A stretch of 64,000 nt of DNA. Origin: an uncultured Gammaproteobacteria bacterium (lineage in GTDB: Bacteria; Patescibacteriota; Microgenomatia; Levybacterales; GWA1-39-11). The DNA is taken from assembly GCA_964511305.1 (NCBI GenBank), contig CAZEEU010000001.1, positions 127,214 through 191,213 of the forward strand, given 5' to 3'. Below are positions 50,198-59,181 of the stretch, one piece after another; position 1 is the first letter of the stretch; the number at the start of each line of letters is the position of its first letter. The position numbers and the translations under genes were made by a program. A model generated the notes under the pieces. That model saw only the letters and a list, made by a program, of their open reading frames with translations, did no database searches and had not been told where the DNA came from.

Positions 50198-51872
50198 ACG
50201 ATTTAGGTAACATTATACCAAGTAATATAGCAAAAAAAGCAAGTATTGATAGCACATTTCCGACCTTTTCTATGGTGGTTTGTCTGAAAGAAATATCTAT
50301 AATACCCTCCCCTTTTTGGACATTTATATCCATGCCGCGAGGAGCTTGGGTAATTATCCCAGTCTTACCATTTATAGTAGCGTACCATGCAGGAAAGAAA
50401 GCCTGATTGATATGTAAAATTCCATTGGTTAAAAATTTATATTTAATCTGGGTCCCCATTGTCTTCTTTGGAACCTCGGCAATGTATCCCGTGCCAACTA
50501 GTATCTCAAGTTTGGAAGAAGGAAGATCTTCGATGTTTTTTGGTTTGTTAAAGTCCTTTGGCATATATTCATCAGATATTTTTGAGGCAGTATATCGAAT
50601 ATAACTTTGATTTGTATAATATGAAGAATCAAAACTCGTATACTCTTGGGGATTAAATAGCTTCAAATTTAAGAGGATAGTCAAACAACAAATAGCAACA
50701 ACTACTAGAAGTCTTATATTCTGTGAACTTTTAACTACTATATAGGTTGTTCCATACCCTGAAATAATTGCTATTGCCAACGCTATAAAATTTATAAATC
50801 TCCACGGATACTGAATATACGCCATCAGCGGAAAATTTTCCCATACAGGTCCTGAAATAGATAAGCAAAAAAATGATGCAAGAGTCAAAATAACCAGAGC
50901 AACAATTGTTACCTTTTCATGTTTTTCAAATCTATGTTTTGTAAATCTATAACCTAACAGCAAAACTCCCAGCAGCAACAAAACAAGGTTTATTTTCCCT
51001 AATTTAAAACTAAGACCATCCAGACAGCCTGGCACTGATCCACCAAATCCCCACTGACTTTCCCAAAATTGAGAAATACAGACATAGTGATCCGCAAAAT
51101 AAGCGCCTCCACCAAGTTGGGACGAAACATTCGTATAACCCATCTCAAGAAAAGCTGGAATTACGTAAAATGAACTTAAAGCTATTCCCAAAACAATACC
51201 CCCAACAACAAGCAGTAGAAATCTTTTTTTATCTTGAGCAAAAAAAGTCATTGCTATAATTACAAATGGCAGAATTATAAAAAGCATGAGCAATGTGAGA
51301 TTGTGAGAAATTGCTACAAGAAAAATACCAAACGCAAGAACAAAAATTGCTGGAAACGAACGGAAAAAAGATTTACTTTTCTCAGAAAAGAGCATAAAAA
51401 GACCTAAAAGAATCATAGGCAGGAATGCATACGCAAATATCTCTCCAACTGCCCCTCTAACATATAGATTAAGCGCATGATAAGGAAAATAAGCATAAAC
51501 AATTGCACTTACAACACCTGCTGAATTCCCGAATAGTTTTCTACTCAATAAAAACATCGTAATTGGGGCCGCAAGCATTCCCGCAATAAGCATCACTTTC
51601 GTTGCAAAAAGAGAATCAAATCCAATTAGATTAATTAAGCCCCCAAAATAATAAGGAAAAGGTCCGTAAAAATTGAAGATTGGGTATCCATATCCATAAC
51701 CAAGATTTTCAACCCATCTTACCGGAAACATTCCGTGCAAAAGCGAGTTAGACATTTCATAGACTCGCACAACAGTAGTGTTATCGTGAAATGTAAAAAA
51801 ACCTGACTGAAATAACGGAAGGATAGTACCCAACGATAGCAAAATTACTCCGATTATTATTAGTTTTTTCAT
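50178..51872 (-). CDS. Polytopic membrane protein, uncharacterised GT-C-like 'family X'
   Basis: 564 aa: 'FHDNTTVVRVYEMSNSLLHGMFPVRWVENLGYGYGYPIFNFYGPFPYYFGG…YAYFPYHALNLYVRGAVGEIFAY' and the C-terminal '…FFPAWYATINGKTGII…' with a terminal TM. Confidence 0.8.
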   Translation of the reverse strand: MKKLIIIGVILLSLGTILPLFQSGFFTFHDNTTVVRVYEMSNSLLHGMFPVRWVENLGYGYGYPIFNFYGPFPYYFGGLINLIGFDSLFATKVMLIAGMLAAPITMFLLSRKLFGNSAGVVSAIVYAYFPYHALNLYVRGAVGEIFAYAFLPMILLGLFMLFSEKSKSFFRSFPAIFVLAFGIFLVAISHNLTLLMLFIILPFVIIAMTFFAQDKKRFLLLVVGGIVLGIALSSFYVIPAFLEMGYTNVSSQLGGGAYFADHYVCISQFWESQWGFGGSVPGCLDGLSFKLGKINLVLLLLGVLLLGYRFTKHRFEKHEKVTIVALVILTLASFFCLSISGPVWENFPLMAYIQYPWRFINFIALAIAIISGYGTTYIVVKSSQNIRLLVVVAICCLTILLNLKLFNPQEYTSFDSSYYTNQSYIRYTASKISDEYMPKDFNKPKNIEDLPSSKLEILVGTGYIAEVPKKTMGTQIKYKFLTNGILHINQAFFPAWYATINGKTGIITQAPRGMDINVQKGEGIIDISFRQTTIEKVGNVLSILAFFAILLGIMLPKSYGKKTS

Positions 51873-51878
51873 GATAAT

Positions 51879-53534
51879 TTACCTGAATTTCAAAAGAGGC
51901 CTTAAAAGCACAAACAATAAAACTAAAAACGTTAAAATGCTAACTCCGTTAGCTATTGCTCGTGGAAATGTTTCAATGAAAAATAGTTCAACAGAATCCG
52001 CATACTTGCCTGCGCTTATAGTCATAACCCCTTGAGGATTTTGGTAATCTATTTTTGTTTCTACCCCATTTATATATGCTCTCCATCCTGGATAAAATAT
52101 TGTGTTGATTTTAAATACCGTATCGCTCGTAGCAGTAAATTTGAATTTCACTGAATTTGAATTATAAACAGTATTGGAAATTGTAGCATTCCCACTCAGC
52201 ACTTCGACTTTGTCAGTAAAATGTTTGGTTGGCCTGTCTGTTACCCAAAGCGGCATCAATTCTTGCGAGCTTGTAGTCGTTGCTTCATTTGTTAAATAAT
52301 ATTGGTCCGAATAATAACTATATTTCACTGGCCGCGCATAAGGATACACCTGCGCAACAGCAACTATTGCCATGATAAATACTATTATCTTAATTTCTCT
52401 ACCTTCTATTACTAAAAACCCAGCGAGCAGAGAAGACAAAAATCCGAGTTGTGACAATAATGTCCACGGGTAATTAATTTCGGACAGAAGTGGCGTATTG
52501 GTCCAAATAAGCGATGATATTGAGAAAGTCCCAAGAAGGCAAATTACATAACTAAAAAGAATTATTATCGCAAACTTCTTAATAGGAGTCTGTATAAATT
52601 TAGACTTTATAAATGAGAATAAAAGAATAAAAAATGAGACGATAATAACCCCAATCTGTCCCAGTCCAAGCTGATAAGTAAATGCACCTTTTTCTGTCGG
52701 TGTACCATAGTCCCAAGACGGAATGATTAATTTATCAAATGGTACAAAATAGAGATTTCTGTCAGCAATAGGAATTTTTGAAAGTAAAATATTACTTTTT
52801 TCGTACAAAGCCGGGAACCAAAAAAAGAAAGAGAGCCCTGCTCCAAAAAATAAACACAATAAAAAAGTCTGCAGTACGTCAAATCTTTTTTCTATAAATA
52901 TTCGAATACCAATAAATAAAACAAGAACAGGCAGGAAGAGGATGGTCATAATATTATGAGTCATGACCAAAGCACCAATACTAACTGACAACATAAGGAC
53001 TGTAATTCGGGAGAAAGGGGACTCAAATAATCGTAAGGCAAAAAGTAATATGAACGGAAATAAAATCATAGCAATACTCTCCCCCACCGACCCTCTAACA
53101 TACAAATCTACCATTCTATAGGGTAGATATATGTAAAGAATAGAAGATACAATTCCCGACCATTTATTACTCCATAACTTACTGGATGCTAAATACATAA
53201 AGACAGAAGATAGCAGAACACTAAGTATAAAAAGTAATTTAATACTTAATATAAAACTATGAAGAAAAAGATTAAAAATAACGCCAATATAATAAGGCAT
53301 CGGATATGCGAAATTAAAAAGAGGATATCCATATCCAAAATTTAAAGCGCCGCTGTAACGAGGTGGGAACTGCATGTCTCGTAGGGTTCTGAACATATCG
53401 CCAAGCCTAACAACGGCCCACTCCCCATCGTGTGTTGGAAAATATCCTGAATTAAAATATGGAAGAATAACCGGCACGCAGAGAAGAAGAATTATTAAAA
53501 AAGGTAATGTCTGGAATAATAACTTTTTCAACAT
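51879..53534 (-). CDS. Polytopic membrane protein, uncharacterised GT-C-like 'family X'
   Basis: 551 aa: 'THDGEWAVVRLGDMFRTLRDMQFPPRYSGALNFGYGYPLFNFAYPMPYYIG…YIYLPYRMVDLYVRGSVGESIAM' and the C-terminal 'IFYPGWRAYINGVETKIDYQNPQGVMTI' with a terminal TM. Confidence 0.8.
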   Translation of the reverse strand: MLKKLLFQTLPFLIILLLCVPVILPYFNSGYFPTHDGEWAVVRLGDMFRTLRDMQFPPRYSGALNFGYGYPLFNFAYPMPYYIGVIFNLFLHSFILSIKLLFILSVLLSSVFMYLASSKLWSNKWSGIVSSILYIYLPYRMVDLYVRGSVGESIAMILFPFILLFALRLFESPFSRITVLMLSVSIGALVMTHNIMTILFLPVLVLFIGIRIFIEKRFDVLQTFLLCLFFGAGLSFFFWFPALYEKSNILLSKIPIADRNLYFVPFDKLIIPSWDYGTPTEKGAFTYQLGLGQIGVIIVSFFILLFSFIKSKFIQTPIKKFAIIILFSYVICLLGTFSISSLIWTNTPLLSEINYPWTLLSQLGFLSSLLAGFLVIEGREIKIIVFIMAIVAVAQVYPYARPVKYSYYSDQYYLTNEATTTSSQELMPLWVTDRPTKHFTDKVEVLSGNATISNTVYNSNSVKFKFTATSDTVFKINTIFYPGWRAYINGVETKIDYQNPQGVMTISAGKYADSVELFFIETFPRAIANGVSILTFLVLLFVLLRPLLKFR

Positions 53535-53535
53535 A

Positions 53536-55170
53536 TTAATTTCCTACAATTCTATATGCAATTCTTCCATCCGGAAAGCGAATCTCTCTTAGCGGGGCCG
53601 CTACCGGAATTTCTTGCTCAGTGCCAATAAGCAACGTTTTTGGCAGCTTTTCATCACTTATAAAGTTAATATTTCTAAATTCATACTTACCTATTTTTCT
53701 AGAGAAGCGATCGACCTGACCATTTCCGTTTGTATCCCAATTTTTTTGATACCACGAGGGATCTATCTTGTTATAGAAAAGATAGTAAATATAAGGCTGA
53801 TCATATATATATGTCATAATTACTCTGTCATAGTTATCTTCAAGCCCATGAGCAGCAATAATAACTTCCTTATTTCCGTATTGCCAAAAGTAGCCTACTT
53901 CTCGAGGTGTAACTGAATAATATTGATTCAAATAATAGGTAAAATTAATTGCAAAAATTAGAAATCCAAAACTAATCGCAATAGCCCTGTAATTGGCCTT
54001 CTTAATCTTATTGATTATTCCGTAAAGAGATGCAGCTCCATTTGCCACTAAAAATATAAGACCAGGTACCATTCCGATTGCTCTTACTCCATGAGGTGTA
54101 CCAGTAGTTACTGCTGCTGGCAGTGGTGCAATTATCAAAAGGGCTAGCATTGCAATTATCTTTTTTGAGGGGTTCTTAAATACTGAAATAAGACCCCAAA
54201 TCAAAAGAGGCAATTCAAAAAGATACATCATGCCCATGTCTTTTGCATGGTGATGCAGGCTTCCAGCACCTATGGTAAATAGATAATTGAAATCAAAATG
54301 TGTTAGATAATTCTTTTCAGCCGTGTATAGGTAATAAAATCTTCTATTATGAAATACTTGCCCAATAACATTCCCAGTGCTCTTGTCATTCTGCAATTGT
54401 GCAAGTTGATTTTGCAATCCTTCTGATTCTCCAAAAATTGAAACCATAGAAAGTCGTGCTTTGGAACCCTCAGGATTTAAGAAGCCTATATATATAGGTA
54501 GAGAGAATATAAAAATTATTAGTGCAGAGATAATAAGCTGTTTTTTGTAGACAAGTAGTTTTTTTATAAACAAACTTATTAATACCAGAAGAAAAATAGG
54601 AACTACCAATCTAAAACTGTGGTAAGAATACAAGCAGATTACAAATGATATCGAAGAAAGTACAAGGTACCACCTACTTTCTAGTCCTTTAATAAATAGA
54701 TAAAAGGCAAGTAAAAGAAAGAACAATCCCACATTCCCCTCATATGCTGCTCTAGAAAATTGAAGATGCCAGGGTGATATAGAAAGAAAAAAAGCTGAAA
54801 ATAGAGCTACTATCAGTCCTAACTTATGATCTTCTTTATCAAAAAGTTTTTTTACCAAATAGAACATCACAATTACAGATAAAAATCCGAAAAGGGCTGA
54901 GGGAAAACGGACCGCAAATTCAGTAAGTCCGAAAATAGCAACTGGCAAGACATCTAAGTAAATATATACTGGGGGCTTGTAGTCATCAAATGAGCGAAAC
55001 TCTATCGGAAAAGAAGTTCCGTATTCGTCTTTTCCGGTTTTTAATATTGAATATGCATTGTACCCGATGCTTGTTTCGTCCCAATTAAGACTTGGAGGGT
55101 TTTGTCCTAACATGAAAAATCTGAGAATAAATGCAAGGACAACAATCCCTATAAGGTATTTGCTTTTCAC
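53536..55170 (-). CDS. GT-C glycosyltransferase, GT39/ArnT-PMT-like (subfamily A)
   Basis: 544 aa: '…SLNWDETSIGYNAYSILKTGKDEYGTSFPIEFRSFDDYKPPVYIYLDVLPV…'. Confidence 0.85.
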   Translation of the reverse strand: MKSKYLIGIVVLAFILRFFMLGQNPPSLNWDETSIGYNAYSILKTGKDEYGTSFPIEFRSFDDYKPPVYIYLDVLPVAIFGLTEFAVRFPSALFGFLSVIVMFYLVKKLFDKEDHKLGLIVALFSAFFLSISPWHLQFSRAAYEGNVGLFFLLLAFYLFIKGLESRWYLVLSSISFVICLYSYHSFRLVVPIFLLVLISLFIKKLLVYKKQLIISALIIFIFSLPIYIGFLNPEGSKARLSMVSIFGESEGLQNQLAQLQNDKSTGNVIGQVFHNRRFYYLYTAEKNYLTHFDFNYLFTIGAGSLHHHAKDMGMMYLFELPLLIWGLISVFKNPSKKIIAMLALLIIAPLPAAVTTGTPHGVRAIGMVPGLIFLVANGAASLYGIINKIKKANYRAIAISFGFLIFAINFTYYLNQYYSVTPREVGYFWQYGNKEVIIAAHGLEDNYDRVIMTYIYDQPYIYYLFYNKIDPSWYQKNWDTNGNGQVDRFSRKIGKYEFRNINFISDEKLPKTLLIGTEQEIPVAAPLREIRFPDGRIAYRIVGN

Positions 55171-55214
55171 TAGTTTATTGTAGCTTTTTTATTCGTTTTG
55201 GTATAGTAGTTATA
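55171..55214. promoter_or_regulatory. Divergent intergenic region (strand switch); presumed divergent promoters
   Basis: 44-bp AT-rich spacer between a minus-strand GT39-like gene and a plus-strand family-X gene. A 'TATAGT' -10-like hexamer lies about 7 nt upstream of the plus-strand ATG. Positional inference only. Confidence 0.3.
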
Positions 55215-56864
55215 ATGAAAAAAATTAAACCCTACCTGGCAATTATCCTCCTATCCCTTCCTCCATTAATTTACATTTTTCTGAATCCAAATTTACCACA
55301 TACCAGTGATGGACTCATGCATGTGGCAAGGTCTGCTGCGTATCTCAACGAGATCCAGGCTGGTCAGTTCCCCATAAGATGGGCGCATCAATTTGATTAT
55401 GGCTATGGCACTCCAATCTTTAACTTTTTCAATCCTTTGCCATATGCTTTTGGGGCTCTTCTGCTCTCTATCGGAATAAATCTTGCAACAACTCTTAAAA
55501 TAGGTTTTGTTGTAACACAGCTTCTTTCCGGAATTTTTATCCTTCTTTTTGCAAGAACATTTTTTAAAAATTCCAAGACGGCGTTTTTAGTTGCTGTCAT
55601 GTATCAATATGTACCTTTTAGACTCGTTGAGATGCATACACGTGGCGACATAGGATGCTTATACTCGTACATGACTTTTCCATTACTAATGTATGCAATA
55701 ACGGTTTTTTTGAAAAAAAATACAATACCCGGATTTTTACTCTTAGGTCTAGCGTCGGCTTTACTACCTTTAGGGCACAATATTAATGGGTTTGTTTTCT
55801 TCTGTCTCGGCTCTTTATACGTACTATTTGCTACAAAAGACGTCAAAAAAATTCTTGTAACTTTTTTGGCAATGGGATTTGGATTACTTTCTATTTCGTA
55901 TTTCTTGCTCCCAGCCCTTACAGAGCTTAAGTACCTCAATGGCTACATATTCAGTAAGCACCTGTTCTATATGCATTTTCCGGCAATTTACAAATTGCTA
56001 CTTCCGAATATCACAAATAACCCCTCTTTAAGAGTTGCTGAAGTATCTGTTCAGGTTGGATTATTTAATGTAGCTTCCCTCATTGGCTTTATATACCTTT
56101 TTGCTAAAAAAAGAATCGCAAAGGAAAATTGGAAAATGAGCTCCTATCTTCTTGTTGTAGGACTTCTCACTTTTCTTATAATGCTCCCAATAACAAAACC
56201 TCTCTGGGAACATATTGAGTACCTCAGGCAATTTCAATTTCCTTGGCGCTTTCTAGGAATACTGATTTTTGTAACTCCAATGGCCGGCGGAATAGTATTT
56301 GAAAAATTAGATTTTATAAAAAAGTCCAATATAAAATATTACGTACTTTTGGCTCTTATTATACTAAGCACTGTTTTTTATTGGGGCCCATATCAAGGCT
56401 TTCAGAAGATTGACGAGAACTACTATAGGAATTTTCCGGGATCGACAAACTACTTTGCTGAGGTAAATACGATATGGATGGAAAAGGAACCACAAGAGTA
56501 TCCCAAAAAACGTGTTGAAATTGCAGCAGGGAATGCACAAATTTCAAATATAACTATATTACCAGAACGACATACATATACTGTTTTGTCAAAAGAGGAA
56601 AGTACAGTTATCGACAAGACGTACTTTTATCCAGGGTGGAAAGCGTACGTGAATGGGATCGATACTCCAATAGAGTTTCAGGATGCAAACTATAGAGGGC
56701 AGATCACTTTCAAAGTTCCAACAGGCAACAACAATGTAGTTGTTGCTTTTGAACAAAACAAAATAATGAAGACCGGAAATATAATAACACTAACTTCTAT
56801 TGCCTCTGTTATATTAATGCTAGGATATTACTTCATCAAAAAATATGGCAAAAGGAAAAAATGA
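55215..56864 (+). CDS. Polytopic membrane protein, uncharacterised GT-C-like 'family X'
   Basis: 549 aa: 'HTSDGLMHVARSAAYLNEIQAGQFPIRWAHQFDYGYGTPIFNFFNPLPYAFG…YQYVPFRLVEMHTRGDIGCLYSY' and the C-terminal 'TYFYPGWKAYVNGIDTPIEFQDANYRGQITFKVPTGNNNVVVAF' with a terminal TM. Confidence 0.8.
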   Translation: MKKIKPYLAIILLSLPPLIYIFLNPNLPHTSDGLMHVARSAAYLNEIQAGQFPIRWAHQFDYGYGTPIFNFFNPLPYAFGALLLSIGINLATTLKIGFVVTQLLSGIFILLFARTFFKNSKTAFLVAVMYQYVPFRLVEMHTRGDIGCLYSYMTFPLLMYAITVFLKKNTIPGFLLLGLASALLPLGHNINGFVFFCLGSLYVLFATKDVKKILVTFLAMGFGLLSISYFLLPALTELKYLNGYIFSKHLFYMHFPAIYKLLLPNITNNPSLRVAEVSVQVGLFNVASLIGFIYLFAKKRIAKENWKMSSYLLVVGLLTFLIMLPITKPLWEHIEYLRQFQFPWRFLGILIFVTPMAGGIVFEKLDFIKKSNIKYYVLLALIILSTVFYWGPYQGFQKIDENYYRNFPGSTNYFAEVNTIWMEKEPQEYPKKRVEIAAGNAQISNITILPERHTYTVLSKEESTVIDKTYFYPGWKAYVNGIDTPIEFQDANYRGQITFKVPTGNNNVVVAFEQNKIMKTGNIITLTSIASVILMLGYYFIKKYGKRKK

Positions 56865-59181
56865 TCTCTTGATTCGTTTTGCAAAAACAAAAAACAATCT
56901 CTTTCTTGTCATTGCAGTTATTCTAACGGTATTATTTTTTTATCCCGTATTTTTGAAAGGATATACTCCATTTCCTGGCGACCTACTTCTTGCAGAATAT
57001 CAACCATGGAGGTCATATTCGTATGGTGGGATGAATCCAGGGGCGGTACCAAATAAAGCTCAGTACTTTGACTCAATACGCCAAATTTATCCATGGAAGA
57101 CGGAGGTTATTAGTCAAATAAAAAATGGTTCTTTTCCATTATGGAATCCTTATAATTTTAGTGGCGCCCCATTATTTGCAAATTTCCAATCTGCCGTCTT
57201 ATATCCATTAAATGTAGTTTATTTCTTTCTTCCGCAACACGCAGGCTGGAGCTTGCTAGTAATGATACAACCTCTCTTTTCCTTCCTAATGCTTTTTCTC
57301 TTCGCAAGAAAAATGGACATATCAAAAATAGGAAGTGTATTTGCTTCCATTGGATATGCATTCTCACTCTACATGACAACTTTTCTTGAGTACAATACCA
57401 TTGGTCACTTCCTCTACTTATTACCATTAAGCCTATTGCTCTTTGAATATTGCCTAGATGGAAAAAAATTGGCACTGCCTGCTCTTTCATTTATAATCGC
57501 CTCTACTCTTTTCGCAGGACACCTTCAACTTTTTGGAGGAAATCTTATGTTCTTAATTTTGTATATGGCTATAAGATTCGCACATACCCGAAAGAGCAAA
57601 ACCTTAAATTTGAAGATTCTATTTTTTGTAATTCTTGGGATTGGAATAGGGTGCATTCAACTCATACCAGGCATCGAGTTAATTTCTAACTCCGCAAGAA
57701 ACGCTCACAGTACTGAATTCTTTTACGATAATCTACTAATTCGGCCTGATCAGATTATTCTCTATTTAACTCCGGATATTTTTGGCAATCCAGCCGTTAA
57801 GAATTATCTTTTGCCCTTCTCCTACCCTTCAAAAGCCCTTTACGTCGGGATTACTACGATCGTACTATTTGCATTTGGTTTACTCTCAAAAAAAGGTCCG
57901 CTTCTCACAGCTGTCTCTATTTGCTCTCTTATTTTTGCCCTTTTAGTGTTCTTAAATCCGGTTTCTTTTCTTCTTTACAAACTTAATCTTCCAATCATTT
58001 CATCAAGCAGTCCGTCAAATTATATTTACCTTGTATCGATTGGTATTTGCTTAATTGCTGGCAGTGGATACGATTCTTTCGTTAAAGCAAATCTAAAAAA
58101 AGTAATTATTATTCTTTGTATTTTCCTTACATTTGTTGTTGGAATATATACTGCAACTACTTTTTTTCATATACCCATAATTAAAAATGGACTTATTCTA
58201 TCAATTGGAATATTTTTAGCCTCATCTTTCGCCTTTTTACTGATAAGAATTATCAAACTTCAAAAAATTGGAATCACGTTATCATTGCTAATACTTACTT
58301 TAGATTTATTCTATTTCTTTCATAAATTTAATTCATTCGTACCCTCTTCGTATATATATCCTTCAACTGCTATTAATACATGGATCAAAAAAAATGCACA
58401 ACTTGATAGATACTGGGGATTTAAGAGCGGACATATAGAGCCAAATTTTCAAACGCAAACTCAAACCTATTCGCTTGAAGGATATGATCCTCTTTTCCCA
58501 AAAACATATCATGACTTTGTAGCCCTTGCATCGAAAGAATCATCACGATCCGATGCTCTTTTAGATCACGATCTAACTGACACTAATTTAAAAATTCTAT
58601 CAACTACAAGCACTCGATATGTTATTGATAAATTCGAAAACGCATCGACTCAGGATACATTTCCTAGTAAGTATTTTCAGAAAGTATTAAGTCTAAACGA
58701 TTTTTCTGTTCAAGAAAACCTTAAATCAGCACCACGACTATTTCTTACAAAATCTTATTCGATTTATTCTAATCTTAAGGAATTTAAAAAAGAATTTGAA
58801 AAAAAATCGTTTGAGCCTGCTCATAGTATATTGTTAGAAAAAAATCCGTCACTTTCCAAAATTCAACTATCTGATTCAAAATTAGACATACGAACTTATT
58901 CTCCTTCTTATATAAAAGCAAATTCGATAACCAATACAGATTCTTTACTGTATTTGTCAGATACCTACTACCCTGGGTGGAACGCATATATTGATAATGT
59001 AAAAACCGAAATATATAAAGCCAATTACACTTTTCGTGCAGTAAAAGTCCCGGAAGGCACACACACAATAGACTTCAAATATGAGCCTAAATCATTTCAA
59101 TATGGATTGTGGATTTCTATTATTAGTATAATAACAGCAACAAGTTACGCCTTAAAATCACTATATGTTAAAAAAAAGTAA
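56845..59181 (+). CDS. YfhO-family polytopic membrane glycosyltransferase-like protein
   Basis: 778 aa: '…GSFPLWNPYNFSGAPLFANFQSAVLYPLNVVYFFLP…' and the C-terminal 'DTYYPGWNAYIDNVKTEIYKANYTFRAVKVPEGTHTIDFKYEPKSF' with a terminal TM. Confidence 0.8.
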   Translation: MAKGKNDLLIRFAKTKNNLFLVIAVILTVLFFYPVFLKGYTPFPGDLLLAEYQPWRSYSYGGMNPGAVPNKAQYFDSIRQIYPWKTEVISQIKNGSFPLWNPYNFSGAPLFANFQSAVLYPLNVVYFFLPQHAGWSLLVMIQPLFSFLMLFLFARKMDISKIGSVFASIGYAFSLYMTTFLEYNTIGHFLYLLPLSLLLFEYCLDGKKLALPALSFIIASTLFAGHLQLFGGNLMFLILYMAIRFAHTRKSKTLNLKILFFVILGIGIGCIQLIPGIELISNSARNAHSTEFFYDNLLIRPDQIILYLTPDIFGNPAVKNYLLPFSYPSKALYVGITTIVLFAFGLLSKKGPLLTAVSICSLIFALLVFLNPVSFLLYKLNLPIISSSSPSNYIYLVSIGICLIAGSGYDSFVKANLKKVIIILCIFLTFVVGIYTATTFFHIPIIKNGLILSIGIFLASSFAFLLIRIIKLQKIGITLSLLILTLDLFYFFHKFNSFVPSSYIYPSTAINTWIKKNAQLDRYWGFKSGHIEPNFQTQTQTYSLEGYDPLFPKTYHDFVALASKESSRSDALLDHDLTDTNLKILSTTSTRYVIDKFENASTQDTFPSKYFQKVLSLNDFSVQENLKSAPRLFLTKSYSIYSNLKEFKKEFEKKSFEPAHSILLEKNPSLSKIQLSDSKLDIRTYSPSYIKANSITNTDSLLYLSDTYYPGWNAYIDNVKTEIYKANYTFRAVKVPEGTHTIDFKYEPKSFQYGLWISIISIITATSYALKSLYVKKK

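Noticed and set aside
50180-59181. A8/T8 homopolymer tracts (for example codons 3-5 of the GT2 at 49484..50197, the 59172..59179 tract in the overlap of two genes, and 55713..55730 T7-G-A8) as slipped-strand phase-variation switches
   Set aside because: At this base composition several A8 and T8 runs per 64 kb are expected by chance, and they encode Lys/Phe runs normal for these proteins. There are no poly-G/C or multi-unit repeats typical of phase-variable glycosyltransferases.
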